This document shows positions 28,430 to 38,210 of a stretch of 64,000 nt of DNA, one piece after another. The stretch is taken from contig JAZMZG010000017.1 in NCBI GenBank assembly GCA_045585835.1, forward strand, positions 23,377 to 87,376. The letters run 5' to 3'. A program made the position numbers and the translations under genes. Source of the stretch: Eubacteriales bacterium. Lineage in GTDB: Bacteria > Bacillota > Clostridia > Oscillospirales > CAG-272. Each line of letters starts with the position of its first letter. Position 1 is the stretch's first letter. The notes under the pieces were generated by a model. The model saw nothing but the letters and a program-made list of their open reading frames with translations. It was not told the origin of the DNA and did no database searches.

Positions 28430-28462
28430 AACTGCCTCATTCGGTTTTTGAATGAGGCAGTT
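28430..28462. terminator. Bidirectional terminator
   Basis: aactgcctcattc ggttttt gaatgaggcagtt. Confidence 0.7.
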
Positions 28463-28464
28463 TA

Positions 28465-29442
28465 TTATTTCAAATCTCTGTATGTATAAAGAAGCTTCAG
28501 TGCATCGTCGAATCTGGTTATATCCTTTTCGCATTTGAGTGTTATTACTATAACCGTTCTGTCACCGAATTTTGCGGCTGATGCAAGACAATATCCCGCC
28601 TCATTCGTACTTCCGGTTTTAAGCCCTATAGCCTCGGGTACGTAATATTTAGAGGTCGGAGAAATAAGTCTGTTCGTATTATACCAAGAAAGCGTTATGC
28701 CATACGGTATACTTACTCTGTCGTAATAAAGCCCTGTGTATTTGGAAATGACGGGACTGTTCATCGCAAGCTTTGCCATCATCAGCAAATCGGCAAGCGT
28801 AGTATAGTGAGCATCGTCGTGATAGCCGTCGGGATTTGCAAAATGCGAATTATATATTCCGTCAGCTTGCATATTCTCGTTTACGGTCTTAACGAAAAGC
28901 TCGACCGCTTTTTTTGCGCTCAAAGACGGGTCGTTTGCTATCTTTCTTCCTGCCGCAGTCGCAAGTATCTGCGCCGCATCATTTCCGCTCGGGAGCATCA
29001 TTCCCTCTATTACTGTTTCAACGCTTATCCTTGCTCCCTGTCCTAAATATGCCATTGAGCTATACGGCCTAACAAGCGCAAGCTCATCTGCGCCCACCGT
29101 CACCTTTTCGTCCTTATCTATATACTTTAATGCAACGTAGCTTGTGTACAGCTTTGTTAAAGATGCAGGGTATACCCTATCGTTTTTGCTTCCTTTTGCA
29201 AAAAGTACCTTTTGCTCATTTACGTCATACACGATAGCGTACTCGGAATTAAGCTCAAGGTCGTAAAACGCCGAAAGCTTTGAAACTGTAACCGCCACGT
29301 CGGAGACACTTAGATATGTCGACTGTGCAAGCGGAGAATAAAGTGCCTTTTGAGGAGAGCACGCAGTAAAGCATAAAACGACCGTTAAAACGGAAAGTAA
29401 AAAGGCTGATAATCTTTTAATCATATCAAACGGAAATCTCAT
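28465..29442 (-). CDS. Serine-type D-Ala-D-Ala carboxypeptidase (low-MW PBP)
   Basis: Signal peptide. SxxK as PASLTK, SxN as LPSGND, KTG as LKTGST. Confidence 0.85.
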   Translation of the reverse strand: MRFPFDMIKRLSAFLLSVLTVVLCFTACSPQKALYSPLAQSTYLSVSDVAVTVSKLSAFYDLELNSEYAIVYDVNEQKVLFAKGSKNDRVYPASLTKLYTSYVALKYIDKDEKVTVGADELALVRPYSSMAYLGQGARISVETVIEGMMLPSGNDAAQILATAAGRKIANDPSLSAKKAVELFVKTVNENMQADGIYNSHFANPDGYHDDAHYTTLADLLMMAKLAMNSPVISKYTGLYYDRVSIPYGITLSWYNTNRLISPTSKYYVPEAIGLKTGSTNEAGYCLASAAKFGDRTVIVITLKCEKDITRFDDALKLLYTYRDLK

Positions 29443-30397
29443 CGGCTATCTCAAGGAAGTTGTAATCGAAATTTTTGGGTTTTGAGAGTGCCTCTTCAAT
29501 ATCGTAATCAACTATTTCATCCTTTTGCGTTGCGACAACTCTGCAGCTCTTTCCTTCAAGCAAGAGCTTTACTGCGTAATGTCCCATACAGCTTGCCAAA
29601 ATTCTGTCCTTTGCCGTGGGTGAGCCACCTCTTTGAACATGCGCAAGCACTGCCGTACGGGTCTCAATACCCGTCTTATCAACTATAGTCTGATGTATTT
29701 TATTGGTAAGGCCCGTGCCCTCTGCACTTATTACTACAAACTGACGTCTTCCCTGTGTGCGTGCACGAAGTATCTTCGCTATCATCTTATCAAAATCGAA
29801 TTCTTGCTCGGGGAGCGCTATGGCTACAGCACCTGTAGCAATTCCCGTGTTGAGCGCTATATGTCCCGCATCTCTGCCCATTACCTCGACAACACTGCAA
29901 CGTGCGTGTGACATACAAGTATCTCTAACCTTATCTACAAACTCCAAAACGGTATTAAGCGCCGTATCAAAGCCGATACAATACTCGGTGCATCCAATAT
30001 CATTATCAATTGTTGCGGGAATTCCGATACAGCTTATTCCTCGTCTTGAAAGCTCCCTTGCACCCTTGAAGGTACCGTCGCCTCCGATGCATACTATACC
30101 GTCTATGCCCGCCGTTTTGCAATTGGCAACCGCTCTTTCCTTGCCTGCGTCCGTGAGCATATCCGTACAACGTGCGCTGTAAAGCATAGTTCCGCCTATA
30201 TTGATTATATTGGAAACGTCCTTGTAGCTTAAAAATTTCATATTGTTATCAATTAGTCCTTGATAACCCTCAAATACCCCGAGGACTTCTATTTTATTTG
30301 TAAGCGCAGTTCTTACCACGGCTCTTATCGCCGCATTCATTCCCGGCGCATCGCCGCCCGACGTCAAAACCGCAATTCTTTTAATCTTCTTTTCCAT
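29426..30397 (-). CDS. pfkA: ATP-dependent 6-phosphofructokinase
   Basis: MEKKIKRIAVLTSGGDAPGMNAAIRAVVR...IGGDGTF...PATIDND. Start at ATG 30397. Confidence 0.92.
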   Translation of the reverse strand: MEKKIKRIAVLTSGGDAPGMNAAIRAVVRTALTNKIEVLGVFEGYQGLIDNNMKFLSYKDVSNIINIGGTMLYSARCTDMLTDAGKERAVANCKTAGIDGIVCIGGDGTFKGARELSRRGISCIGIPATIDNDIGCTEYCIGFDTALNTVLEFVDKVRDTCMSHARCSVVEVMGRDAGHIALNTGIATGAVAIALPEQEFDFDKMIAKILRARTQGRRQFVVISAEGTGLTNKIHQTIVDKTGIETRTAVLAHVQRGGSPTAKDRILASCMGHYAVKLLLEGKSCRVVATQKDEIVDYDIEEALSKPKNFDYNFLEIADEISV

Positions 30398-30413
30398 TAT
30401 TCCTCCGATATAT

Positions 30414-31577
30414 TTAAGAAATTTTAATAAGCGTACATACCGCATGAGAGGCTATACCCTCTTCTCTGCCCGTAAATCCTAAATGTTCCTCCGTAGTAGC
30501 CTTTACGTTGACACAGGCGGGTAAAATACCGAGCGTGTTTGCTATATTTTCTCTCATCTGCTCTATATACGGTGCAAGGCGGGGGCTTTGGCAAACTACC
30601 GTTGCATCAACGTTTCCGACCCTGAAGTGTGCATTATTTAAAAGGGCTGATACCCTCTCAAGCAGCTTTATACTTGAAATCCCCTTGTACGAATCGTCCG
30701 ATGGCGGAAAATGCTTGCCTATATCGCCAAGAGCTGCGGCGCCCAAAAGCGCATCCATTACAGCGTGTAAAAGCACGTCCGCATCGCTGTGTCCCATAAG
30801 ACCTTTTTCATGCGGTATGGTTACACCGCCCAAAATAAGCTCTCTGCCTTTGCATAAAGCGTGAACGTCGTAGCCGTGCCCTACTCTCATACCTCCACCT
30901 CTTTTTTCAAATATAGCTTCTGCCAAAAATACGTCCTCAGGGGTAGTGAGCTTTATATTGGTTTTCATGCACTCCACAAGGCTCACCTTATATCCTATAT
31001 TTTCAAGCATAGCACAGTCATCGGTAAATTCACCACCGCCGGCAATTGCCTGATTTATTGCATTCTCGTAAAGAGCTTTGGAAAACACCTGCGGCGTTTG
31101 AACGGCGTATAGGCTTGTCCTGTCGACCGTCGATAATATAAAGCCGCCTTCGGCGTTTTTCTGTGTATCCGTCACCTTGGTCGATGCCGCAGAGCATAAA
31201 TTCACATAAGCGTCTTTTACGACTTTATCAATATCCTCGGGGGTTATAAGCGAGCGTGCGCCGTCATGAACGGCTACGAAGGAAAAATCTCCCGTTACAG
31301 CTTCAAGCGCATTTTTAGCTGACAGCATTCGGCTCTCTCCGCCAACCGATGCGGTTATGAATTTGCTTATGCTGTACTCTTTTGCGAGGTCGTTTACAAA
31401 CGAAAGCTCATCCTTCCTTGCGGCAACGATAATACCGTCAATAGTATTTGCCCTCTCAAAAGCAAGCATCGTAAGAGCAAGTGCGGGAATCGTGCAAAGT
31501 GAAATTTTTGACTTTGATACGTTTCCCATTCGAGTACCCATTCCGGCCGCGAGTATCAAAGCAGCAGTCCTTTGCAT
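30414..31577 (-). CDS. ispDF: Bifunctional IspD/IspF (MEP cytidylyltransferase / MEcPP synthase)
   Basis: N-terminal [13 protein letters not shown] (IspD). C-terminal [12 protein letters not shown]...[30 protein letters not shown] (IspF). GGAGGTG RBS before ATG 31577. Confidence 0.9.
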   Translation of the reverse strand: MQRTAALILAAGMGTRMGNVSKSKISLCTIPALALTMLAFERANTIDGIIVAARKDELSFVNDLAKEYSISKFITASVGGESRMLSAKNALEAVTGDFSFVAVHDGARSLITPEDIDKVVKDAYVNLCSAASTKVTDTQKNAEGGFILSTVDRTSLYAVQTPQVFSKALYENAINQAIAGGGEFTDDCAMLENIGYKVSLVECMKTNIKLTTPEDVFLAEAIFEKRGGGMRVGHGYDVHALCKGRELILGGVTIPHEKGLMGHSDADVLLHAVMDALLGAAALGDIGKHFPPSDDSYKGISSIKLLERVSALLNNAHFRVGNVDATVVCQSPRLAPYIEQMRENIANTLGILPACVNVKATTEEHLGFTGREEGIASHAVCTLIKIS

Positions 31578-31692
31578 TTTCCCCACCTCCGTTATTATCA
31601 CCAAGTCAATTATAATTCTATCATCTTTATATAAAAAATCAAGGTTTTTTAACAATATAGTATAAATTTTGTGTTAAAAAACATAAATTTTA

Positions 31693-31734
31693 ATAATAAA
31701 AAAGGACACGGAAAACTTAATTTCTGTGTCCTTT
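31693..31734 (-). terminator. Terminator after the AEC transporter gene
   Basis: aaaggacac ... gtgtccttt, with a T-run on the minus strand. Confidence 0.6.
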
Positions 31735-31743
31735 AATTGATTT

Positions 31744-32733
31744 TTATGCAGTAAACGGTGTGCCAAATATTGCGACCGCAAGTGCATACATAAGCGGAAT
31801 CGAAATAACGCAAAGAGTGTGCGATATCATCGCCATACTTGCGCCCGTTTGCGGATTTCCACCGTATGCTTCGGGGAACACCACCGTGTTAAGCCCGAGA
31901 GGTGTTGCGGTAACAAAGAAGCAGAGGAAAAGTACATCGTTTCCGATAGATAGATTGAAAATCGAATTTATCGCCGTCTTCATACCGAAGACCGCCGCCA
32001 AAATTACTGCAGGAATTATAATGAGGCGAAAAAGCGATGCTATGTATACCTTCTTCTTTTTGAGCATACCGAAGAAGTCGTATTTTGCAACTGTAGCGCC
32101 CGCAAGAAGCATTGCTACGGGGCCCATACAAGCCTTAAGCGAGTCAAGCGCCGAGGTTAAAAATGCGGGAAGATGATTTCCAAGTCCCGAAAGTCCAATT
32201 ACGACACCGACAAGAAGCGCCACGGTAGGTGCATTTAAAAGGCGCTTAAACGACGAGCCGCTTCCTTCTTTTTTGGGTGTCAAGACGCTTATGCCCCAAG
32301 TGTAAATAAGGATAGTAAACGGCAGGCAAAAAAGTTTATAATAAGCAAGAACCTCTTCACCGAACAAGGCAAGTACGATAGGGTCACCTACGTAACCGCT
32401 GTTAGCGAAAGCAAGTGCGTAAGCGTATACGCCGCGCTCGGCATTTTTTTCTCTGATAAAAACCTTTGCAAGCGGTATGGCTATCGCTAAGCAAAGCGTC
32501 ACCGCTATGACCGACACCATTAGGTTGGTGGCGTGAGTTTTAAGCGATGCGGGTGTGCAATAACGAATCATCGTCGTAAAGCTTAAAGCGGGACTGAATA
32601 TCCAATTTTCCATCTTCGCCATAGTCTTTCCTGCGTTATCGGGAAGGATTTTCGCTTTAAACAATACGAATCCGACGGCAATACAGAAAAAGAGTGTCAG
32701 CATAGGGTTTAAGGTTGCTAAAAAGGTTGCCAT
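31744..32733 (-). CDS. AEC (auxin efflux carrier) family transporter
   Basis: 329 aa, about 10 TM. MATFLATLNPMLTLFFCIAVGFVLFKAKILPDNAG... Confidence 0.75.
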   Translation of the reverse strand: MATFLATLNPMLTLFFCIAVGFVLFKAKILPDNAGKTMAKMENWIFSPALSFTTMIRYCTPASLKTHATNLMVSVIAVTLCLAIAIPLAKVFIREKNAERGVYAYALAFANSGYVGDPIVLALFGEEVLAYYKLFCLPFTILIYTWGISVLTPKKEGSGSSFKRLLNAPTVALLVGVVIGLSGLGNHLPAFLTSALDSLKACMGPVAMLLAGATVAKYDFFGMLKKKKVYIASLFRLIIIPAVILAAVFGMKTAINSIFNLSIGNDVLFLCFFVTATPLGLNTVVFPEAYGGNPQTGASMAMISHTLCVISIPLMYALAVAIFGTPFTA

Positions 32734-32852
32734 AATGTGCGCCTTTCAGTGAATTTTATAATACAATACGTAACAATTTAATGTTATATCACTCCGTGAT
32801 CGAAATGTCAAGGATTATAGGGGAAAATGAAGAAATTTTATGGGGATATATT

Positions 32853-32970
32853 GCTCAAAAACAACACACCGTGTTGTTTTTGATCTGCTTCGAATCTCTA
32901 TTATATTTCTCCATCAAATGAAAAAGGACGCCTTTGGCGTCCTTTCATTTGGCTAAAGAAGGAGAGATTC
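32853..32970. repeat. Copy 1 of a ~117-bp multi-hairpin repeat, ending in a degenerate copy of the tRNA-Ser 3' end
   Basis: gctcaaaaac[hairpin]ttttt..ctgcttcgaatctctatt.tatt.ctcc..caaatgaaaaaggacgcctttggcgtcctttcatttggCTAAAGAAGGAGAGATTC. It aligns with 33038-33153. Confidence 0.75.
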
Positions 32971-32975
32971 TTCTT

Positions 32976-33027
32976 GAAATTTTCAAAGCATTTCGGATTT
33001 GGTCAAATGTTATGCTTTGAAAATTTC
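32976..33027. repeat. Perfect 16-bp-stem hairpin between the two repeat copies
   Basis: gaaattttcaaagcat (32976-32991) pairs with atgctttgaaaatttc (33012-33027), with a 20-nt loop. Confidence 0.7.
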
Positions 33028-33037
33028 TTCGGGCACC

Positions 33038-33153
33038 GCTCAAAAACGCTCCACCGGAGCCTTTTTTCGCTGCTTCGAATCTCTATTGTATTCTCCGCCA
33101 AATGAAAAAGGACGCCTTTGGCGTCCTTTCATTTGGCGGAGAAGGAGAGATTC
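33038..33153. repeat. Copy 2 of the ~117-bp repeat; overlaps the genuine tRNA-Ser 3' end and forms an ~83-bp palindrome with it
   Basis: Left arm ttcgaatctctattgtattctccgccaaatgaaaaaggacgcc. Right arm ggcgtcctttcatttggcggagaaggagagattcgaa. The right arm is the real tRNA 3' end on the minus strand. Confidence 0.75.
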
Positions 33154-33225
33154 GAACTCTCGAACCGTTTGTAGCGGTTACACGATTTCCAATCGTGCGC
33201 GCTCGACCAACTACGCGACTTCTCC
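33134..33225 (-). tRNA. tRNA-Ser (anticodon GGA), long variable arm, CCA encoded
   Basis: Reverse complement: ggagaagtcgcgtagttggtcgagcgcgcacgattGGAaatcgtgtaaccgctacaaacggttcgagagttcgaatctctccttctccgcca. Confidence 0.9.
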
Positions 33226-33296
33226 GTGTTGACCTTATGTAGTTTATCACATATTAAGGTCAATGTCAAGATTTATTTTTCAAACTTTCGCTCTTT

Positions 33297-34280
33297 TTAA
33301 AATAATCCCAAATTCTTTAGTATCGTGCTTCCTATAAGCATAGTCACTCCCGATAAAAGCGTGGTCAATACTACTATCTGCGAAGCGACAATGCTGTTTG
33401 ACTTCATCTGTCTTGCCATTATATAACTCGATACTGCCGTGGGTGCGCCGAAGGCTATAAATATTATACCAAGCTCCACTCCCCTAAAGCCCATAAGTGC
33501 CGCAACGCTGCAAGCCGCAAGCGGACATATAACTATCTTCATTACCGTCGCAAATACCGAGAAAACTATATTCCCCTTTATATCGGAAAATCTGAACGAT
33601 GCGCCGAGCGATATAAGTGCAAGCGGCGTTGAAAGCTCGGAAAGATAGCTTACCGTACTGTTCACAACAGAGGGCATAGATATATACCCGAGAGAAAACG
33701 GAATTGCAAGTACAACGGATATTATAAGAGGATTCGTTAAGACGTTTTTCAATATCTTCCAAAAAAGTCCGCCGCTTTTGCCATCAGGCATATTCATTGC
33801 AAGGATAACAACGGCAAAGACGTTATATACGGGTATCAAGAACGGTATGATGAGCGACGCCGCCGTGGCACCCGCCGCTCCGAACATATTTGCTGCAAGC
33901 GGAATTCCCAAAATCGCAAAATTAGAACGGTATATGCCTTGTATTACCGCTCCCCTCGTATCCTTACGCTTTATTGCGGGCGTAATAAGCAAGGTCATTA
34001 TCAAAAATACGAGAAACGTGCCTATAACGCAAAAAGCCGTCAGCCGTCCGTTAAATGCTTTCTTAAAATCGGTTGTCGCCACGTTATAAAAAAGCATAGA
34101 CGGCAAAGCACATCTGAAAACGAGCTTATCTGCAACGTCAAGGAACGCACCCGTTATTAAATTGATTCGTCTTAAAATGTAGCCTAAAATTATTATTATA
34201 AATATAGGAAGTATCGATTTTGCGGATATTAAAAAGTTTTCAAGCACGCACCTTGCCTCCCCTTCTATGAAAAAAGCCAC
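33297..34280 (-). CDS. AEC family transporter (second paralogue)
   Basis: 327 aa, multi-TM. ...ILPIFIIIILGYILRRINLITGAFLDVADKLVFRCALPSMLF. The start may be an internal GTG/ATG. Confidence 0.75.
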   Translation of the reverse strand: MAFFIEGEARCVLENFLISAKSILPIFIIIILGYILRRINLITGAFLDVADKLVFRCALPSMLFYNVATTDFKKAFNGRLTAFCVIGTFLVFLIMTLLITPAIKRKDTRGAVIQGIYRSNFAILGIPLAANMFGAAGATAASLIIPFLIPVYNVFAVVILAMNMPDGKSGGLFWKILKNVLTNPLIISVVLAIPFSLGYISMPSVVNSTVSYLSELSTPLALISLGASFRFSDIKGNIVFSVFATVMKIVICPLAACSVAALMGFRGVELGIIFIAFGAPTAVSSYIMARQMKSNSIVASQIVVLTTLLSGVTMLIGSTILKNLGLF

Positions 34281-34316
34281 AACACCTTTAAAGCGTTATG
34301 GCTGTTTATCATTTTA

Positions 34317-34541
34317 TTACTGATTTTGTTCGATATACTCGGTGATGTCCGCAACGGTCTTGAGATTTGCCGCATCCTCGTCGGGTACGGTTACGCCCAA
34401 GGTCTCCTCGATGGAGAGAAGCATCTCAACTACGTCAAGTGAGTCAGCGCCCAAGTCGTCGATGATTGCTGCATCGTCTGCGATCTTATCAACGTCGATT
34501 CCGAGTTGATTTGCAATAATTTCTTTGATTTTTTCAGTCAT
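34317..34541 (-). CDS. acpP: Acyl carrier protein
   Basis: 74 aa with the phosphopantetheine site LGADSLDVVEMLLSIEE. No fab genes nearby. Confidence 0.85.
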   Translation of the reverse strand: MTEKIKEIIANQLGIDVDKIADDAAIIDDLGADSLDVVEMLLSIEETLGVTVPDEDAANLKTVADITEYIEQNQ

Positions 34542-34690
34542 TGAAAATTCTCCTTAAATAACGTTACTGTGTTTATATATGTACCGATTTTATATATTAC
34601 TACATAAAATTGGTCAATGCAAGTGTTTTTTATAAATTTTTTCAATTTTTCATTTTGTTATTCTTAAACACCGTAAAAACACGCTTATTT

Positions 34691-35851
34691 TTAGATAACT
34701 CTTACCTTTATCATACCTTCTACTTTTGAAATGGCTTCGGCATGAGCTGAGGTGACCTCTCCGTCAATTTCGAAGATGGTATACGCATAATCCTTCTTCG
34801 AGCGGTTGATGAGGTTTTCGATGTTAAGTCCCTCGGAAGAAACGACGTTGGTTATCTGTGTGATGACCGAAGGTATGTTCTTGTGAAGGCAACAAATTCT
34901 TCTGGTTGCGGTATGAGGAAGCTCTACGTTCGGGAAATTCACGCTGTTTTTGATGTTACCCGTCGTGAGATACTCGTGGAGCTGTTTGCACGCCATAACC
35001 GCACAGTTATCCTCCGCTTCGGGTGTCGATGCGCCGAGGTGAGGTATCATAACCGTATTCTTTGCGCCCATCATATCGTTCGTGGGGAAGTCTGTCACGT
35101 ATGCCGCAACCTTACCGCTTTCAAGCGCTTCTTTCATATCCTCTGAGTTGACAAGGTCTGCTCTTGCGAGGTTTATGATCCTTACGCCGTCCTTCATTTT
35201 AGCGATAGTTTCTTTATTTATCATACCTTTAGTGGTAGGTGTTGAGGGAATGTGCAAGGTTATGTAGTCTGCGTTTGCGTATATCTCGTCATTATCACTT
35301 GCCTTGTTTATCTTTCTCGAAAGCATCCAAGCAGCGTCTACCGTGATATAGGGGTCACAACCGAGTACGTCCATCTCAAGACTGTGGGCTGCGTTTGCAA
35401 CCAAAGCACCGATAGCGCCAAGTCCTATTACGCCGAGTGTCTTACCCGCAAGCTCGGGACCTACGAATGCGCCCTTGCCCTTTTCAACCTGTGCGGCGAT
35501 AGGTGTTTCACCGCCCAAAGTTTTAACCCAATCAATTCCGCCTGCAATATTTCTTGAAGCAAGAAGGAGCGCACCGATAGCAAGCTCTTTAACCGCATTT
35601 GCATTTGCACCGGGAGTGTTGAAAACAACGATACCCTTTGCCGCACAGTCCTCTACGGGAATATTGTTTACGCCCGCACCTGCTCTTGCAATAGCGAGGA
35701 GGCTTTCGGGGAATTCAATCTCGTGCATCGAAGCGGATCTTACGAGTACCGCATCGGGATTTTCAATGTCTTCGCCGATGTTATACATATCCGCAGGAAG
35801 CTTACAAAGTCCGATCTTTGCGATCTTGTTGAAAAGTTTTACGTTATACAT
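34691..35851 (-). CDS. serA: D-3-phosphoglycerate dehydrogenase
   Basis: Rossmann motif GVIGLGAIGALVA, 2-hydroxyacid dehydrogenase core, C-terminal ACT-like domain. Downstream of serC. Confidence 0.85.
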   Translation of the reverse strand: MYNVKLFNKIAKIGLCKLPADMYNIGEDIENPDAVLVRSASMHEIEFPESLLAIARAGAGVNNIPVEDCAAKGIVVFNTPGANANAVKELAIGALLLASRNIAGGIDWVKTLGGETPIAAQVEKGKGAFVGPELAGKTLGVIGLGAIGALVANAAHSLEMDVLGCDPYITVDAAWMLSRKINKASDNDEIYANADYITLHIPSTPTTKGMINKETIAKMKDGVRIINLARADLVNSEDMKEALESGKVAAYVTDFPTNDMMGAKNTVMIPHLGASTPEAEDNCAVMACKQLHEYLTTGNIKNSVNFPNVELPHTATRRICCLHKNIPSVITQITNVVSSEGLNIENLINRSKKDYAYTIFEIDGEVTSAHAEAISKVEGMIKVRVI

Positions 35852-35860
35852 TTCTATCTC

Positions 35861-36946
35861 CTATGCTTTGGGGTTTGCCTTTGCAAACTCATCCATATAT
35901 TTAACGAGTGCTTCTACGCCTTCTTTGGGCATAGCGTTATAGATGGAAGCTCTCATACCGCCTACGCTTCTGTGACCCTTAATGTTGACTATTCCCTTTT
36001 CGGCAGCACCTGCGCAGAACTTCTTGTCAAGCTCCTCATTACCTGTAACGAAGGTAACGTTCATCATTGAACGATGCTCTTTTTCAACTGCGGCAATATA
36101 GTAATCCTGAAAGTCAAGATAGTCATAAAGTATAGCCGCCTTTTCTTCGTTCTTCTTTTTCATAACCTCAAGGCCGCCCATATCGCGAATCCACTCGAAT
36201 ACGAGCTTTGCGATATAAATGCTGTAGCAGGGAGGTGTATTGTACATAGAGCCGTTTTCTGCCTGTACCTTATAAGAAAGCATCGTGGGTGTGAAGGGCT
36301 TTTCATTACCCAAAAGATCCTCTCTTACTATAACAACGGTAAGACCTGCAGGACCGATGTTCTTCTGTGCACCGGCGTAGATCACACCGAACTTTGAAAC
36401 GTCTACGGGCTCGGAGAGAATGCAAGAGGACATATCCGCAACCAAAGGTACATTTACTTCGGGAATATAGTTGTACTTCGTTCCATAGATGGTATTGTTA
36501 AAGCAAATGTGAAGATATGCGGCATCATCTCTTATATCGGAAGCCGTTACGTGAGGAACGTAGCTGAAGTTCTTGTCCTTGGACGTAGCAACGAGCTTTA
36601 TGTCGCCGTACTTCTGCGCTTCGGTATAAGCCTTTCCGGAAAACTGTCCGCTTACTATGTAGTCCGCTTTATTTGCATCGCCGATAAGGTTTAAGGGTAC
36701 TGCGGCAAACTGCGTTGAAGCGCCGCCTTGAAGGAAAAGCACCTTGTAGTTATCGGGAATATTCATAATTTCTCGCAAGGTCGCCTCTGCATCTGCGATT
36801 ATCTTCTCATAGGGCTTGGAGCGGTGGCTCATCTCCATTACGGACATTCCCGCATCGCCGTAAGAACACATCTCGCTTGCGGCCTTTTCCAAAACCTCCA
36901 AAGGCATAGAGGAGGGTCCTGCCGAAAAATTGTAAACTCTTTTCAT
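35861..36946 (-). CDS. serC: Phosphoserine aminotransferase
   Basis: MKRVYNFSAGPSSMPLEVLEKAASEM...GAQKNIGPAGLTVVIVRE. Confidence 0.92.
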   Translation of the reverse strand: MKRVYNFSAGPSSMPLEVLEKAASEMCSYGDAGMSVMEMSHRSKPYEKIIADAEATLREIMNIPDNYKVLFLQGGASTQFAAVPLNLIGDANKADYIVSGQFSGKAYTEAQKYGDIKLVATSKDKNFSYVPHVTASDIRDDAAYLHICFNNTIYGTKYNYIPEVNVPLVADMSSCILSEPVDVSKFGVIYAGAQKNIGPAGLTVVIVREDLLGNEKPFTPTMLSYKVQAENGSMYNTPPCYSIYIAKLVFEWIRDMGGLEVMKKKNEEKAAILYDYLDFQDYYIAAVEKEHRSMMNVTFVTGNEELDKKFCAGAAEKGIVNIKGHRSVGGMRASIYNAMPKEGVEALVKYMDEFAKANPKA

Positions 36947-37064
36947 AATCTATATCCTTTCGTATGTAAAATATTTCAAGAACAATATGTCTCTATTATA
37001 GTAAAAAAGTAGTTAATTGCAATAGCTTTTTTGAAAAAATTTCATTTTTTTGACGTATATCGAG

Positions 37065-38210
37065 CTACCTTAAGATATTATTTGCAACGGGAGGCTTTGC
37101 GTTATCAAAAATAAACGATGCCGCCGTTTCCCAAATGATGTAAATATAAACGCTTTCTTCGGTATTGTAGCTTATAAGTTCGTCGTAACCGCTGTAACCG
37201 AGCTTATATGCAAGCTCGTGTCCGAGCATTTGACACTGTGTTTGCGACGGAACGAGCCCCTCTTTTTTTGCCAGTGCAAATGTAAAAAGCTCGTTTTTGA
37301 CTTTTTGCTCGGCGTATATACGTGCGTTTTCCAAAACCTGCTCGTTTGTCAAATCTGCCGCAAGAAGATACTTTTCGTACGAAATCCCGTTATATTCCGC
37401 TATTTTCGTGTAGTGGTCAATATATTCCTTTTCGCATCTTTCGATTTCCGCTTTGGGAAGAGGTGTGAAAAACGTAGCATCCGAGACCGCTCTGTCCCAT
37501 AAAATACGCTTTTTAGCGTATTCTTTTATCTCCGCATCCTCCGCATATATTTCCATTTCAACCGCATTATAAAGCTCTTGCAGGTTTTCGTAATCGCCGC
37601 CGAGTGCTACTATATCATCGGTCAATGCCGAGAAGTCGGGACGGTATATTTCCTTTAGCTTTACACTCACCGTAAGTGTCTTTCCTCTGTAGCGCAGATC
37701 CGAATAATAGCTCGGAACGGCAATAGCGTATTCACCGTCTACCGCCTTCTGCATAGCGCTTACAAGCAAACTTTCCGTATATGCATCGGAAAGCAATCCG
37801 AGCTTTGTTTGACCGCCCGCCACTATTTCATAATCACCTTCCGGCAAAAAGTCGCATACCTTTTTGTCGCAAAGCACCTTACATTCCAAAACGAGCTTAT
37901 CCCCCGTTTCGATGCTGTCGACTTTCGAAAAAGTGACGTAGTCTTTGAATTTTTCGGCTATTTTTACATCTCGTCTTGCGCTCATATCGTAATCAAGACT
38001 TATGGATACGTCCGTAATTCCGATATATTCTCCCAAGACAACGTAGTTTTCCAACGAATAATCATAAGGCAGTTTTTTCTGCGCCCATATACTCGTATCT
38101 TCCGGCTCGACCTCACAAGCGCAAAGCAAAGAGCAAAGCAAAATAAGCATAATGGCAAAGACGATAAATCGTTTATGTTTAACGTAGGCCATTTTCTTTA
38201 CTCTCAACAT
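37065..38210 (-). CDS. Lipoprotein of unknown function (weak trigger-factor C-terminal-like resemblance)
   Basis: Lipobox LLCSLLCAC. 381-aa ORF. Alternative start at ATG 38192. The function call is weak. Confidence 0.5.
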   Translation of the reverse strand: MLRVKKMAYVKHKRFIVFAIMLILLCSLLCACEVEPEDTSIWAQKKLPYDYSLENYVVLGEYIGITDVSISLDYDMSARRDVKIAEKFKDYVTFSKVDSIETGDKLVLECKVLCDKKVCDFLPEGDYEIVAGGQTKLGLLSDAYTESLLVSAMQKAVDGEYAIAVPSYYSDLRYRGKTLTVSVKLKEIYRPDFSALTDDIVALGGDYENLQELYNAVEMEIYAEDAEIKEYAKKRILWDRAVSDATFFTPLPKAEIERCEKEYIDHYTKIAEYNGISYEKYLLAADLTNEQVLENARIYAEQKVKNELFTFALAKKEGLVPSQTQCQMLGHELAYKLGYSGYDELISYNTEESVYIYIIWETAASFIFDNAKPPVANNILR

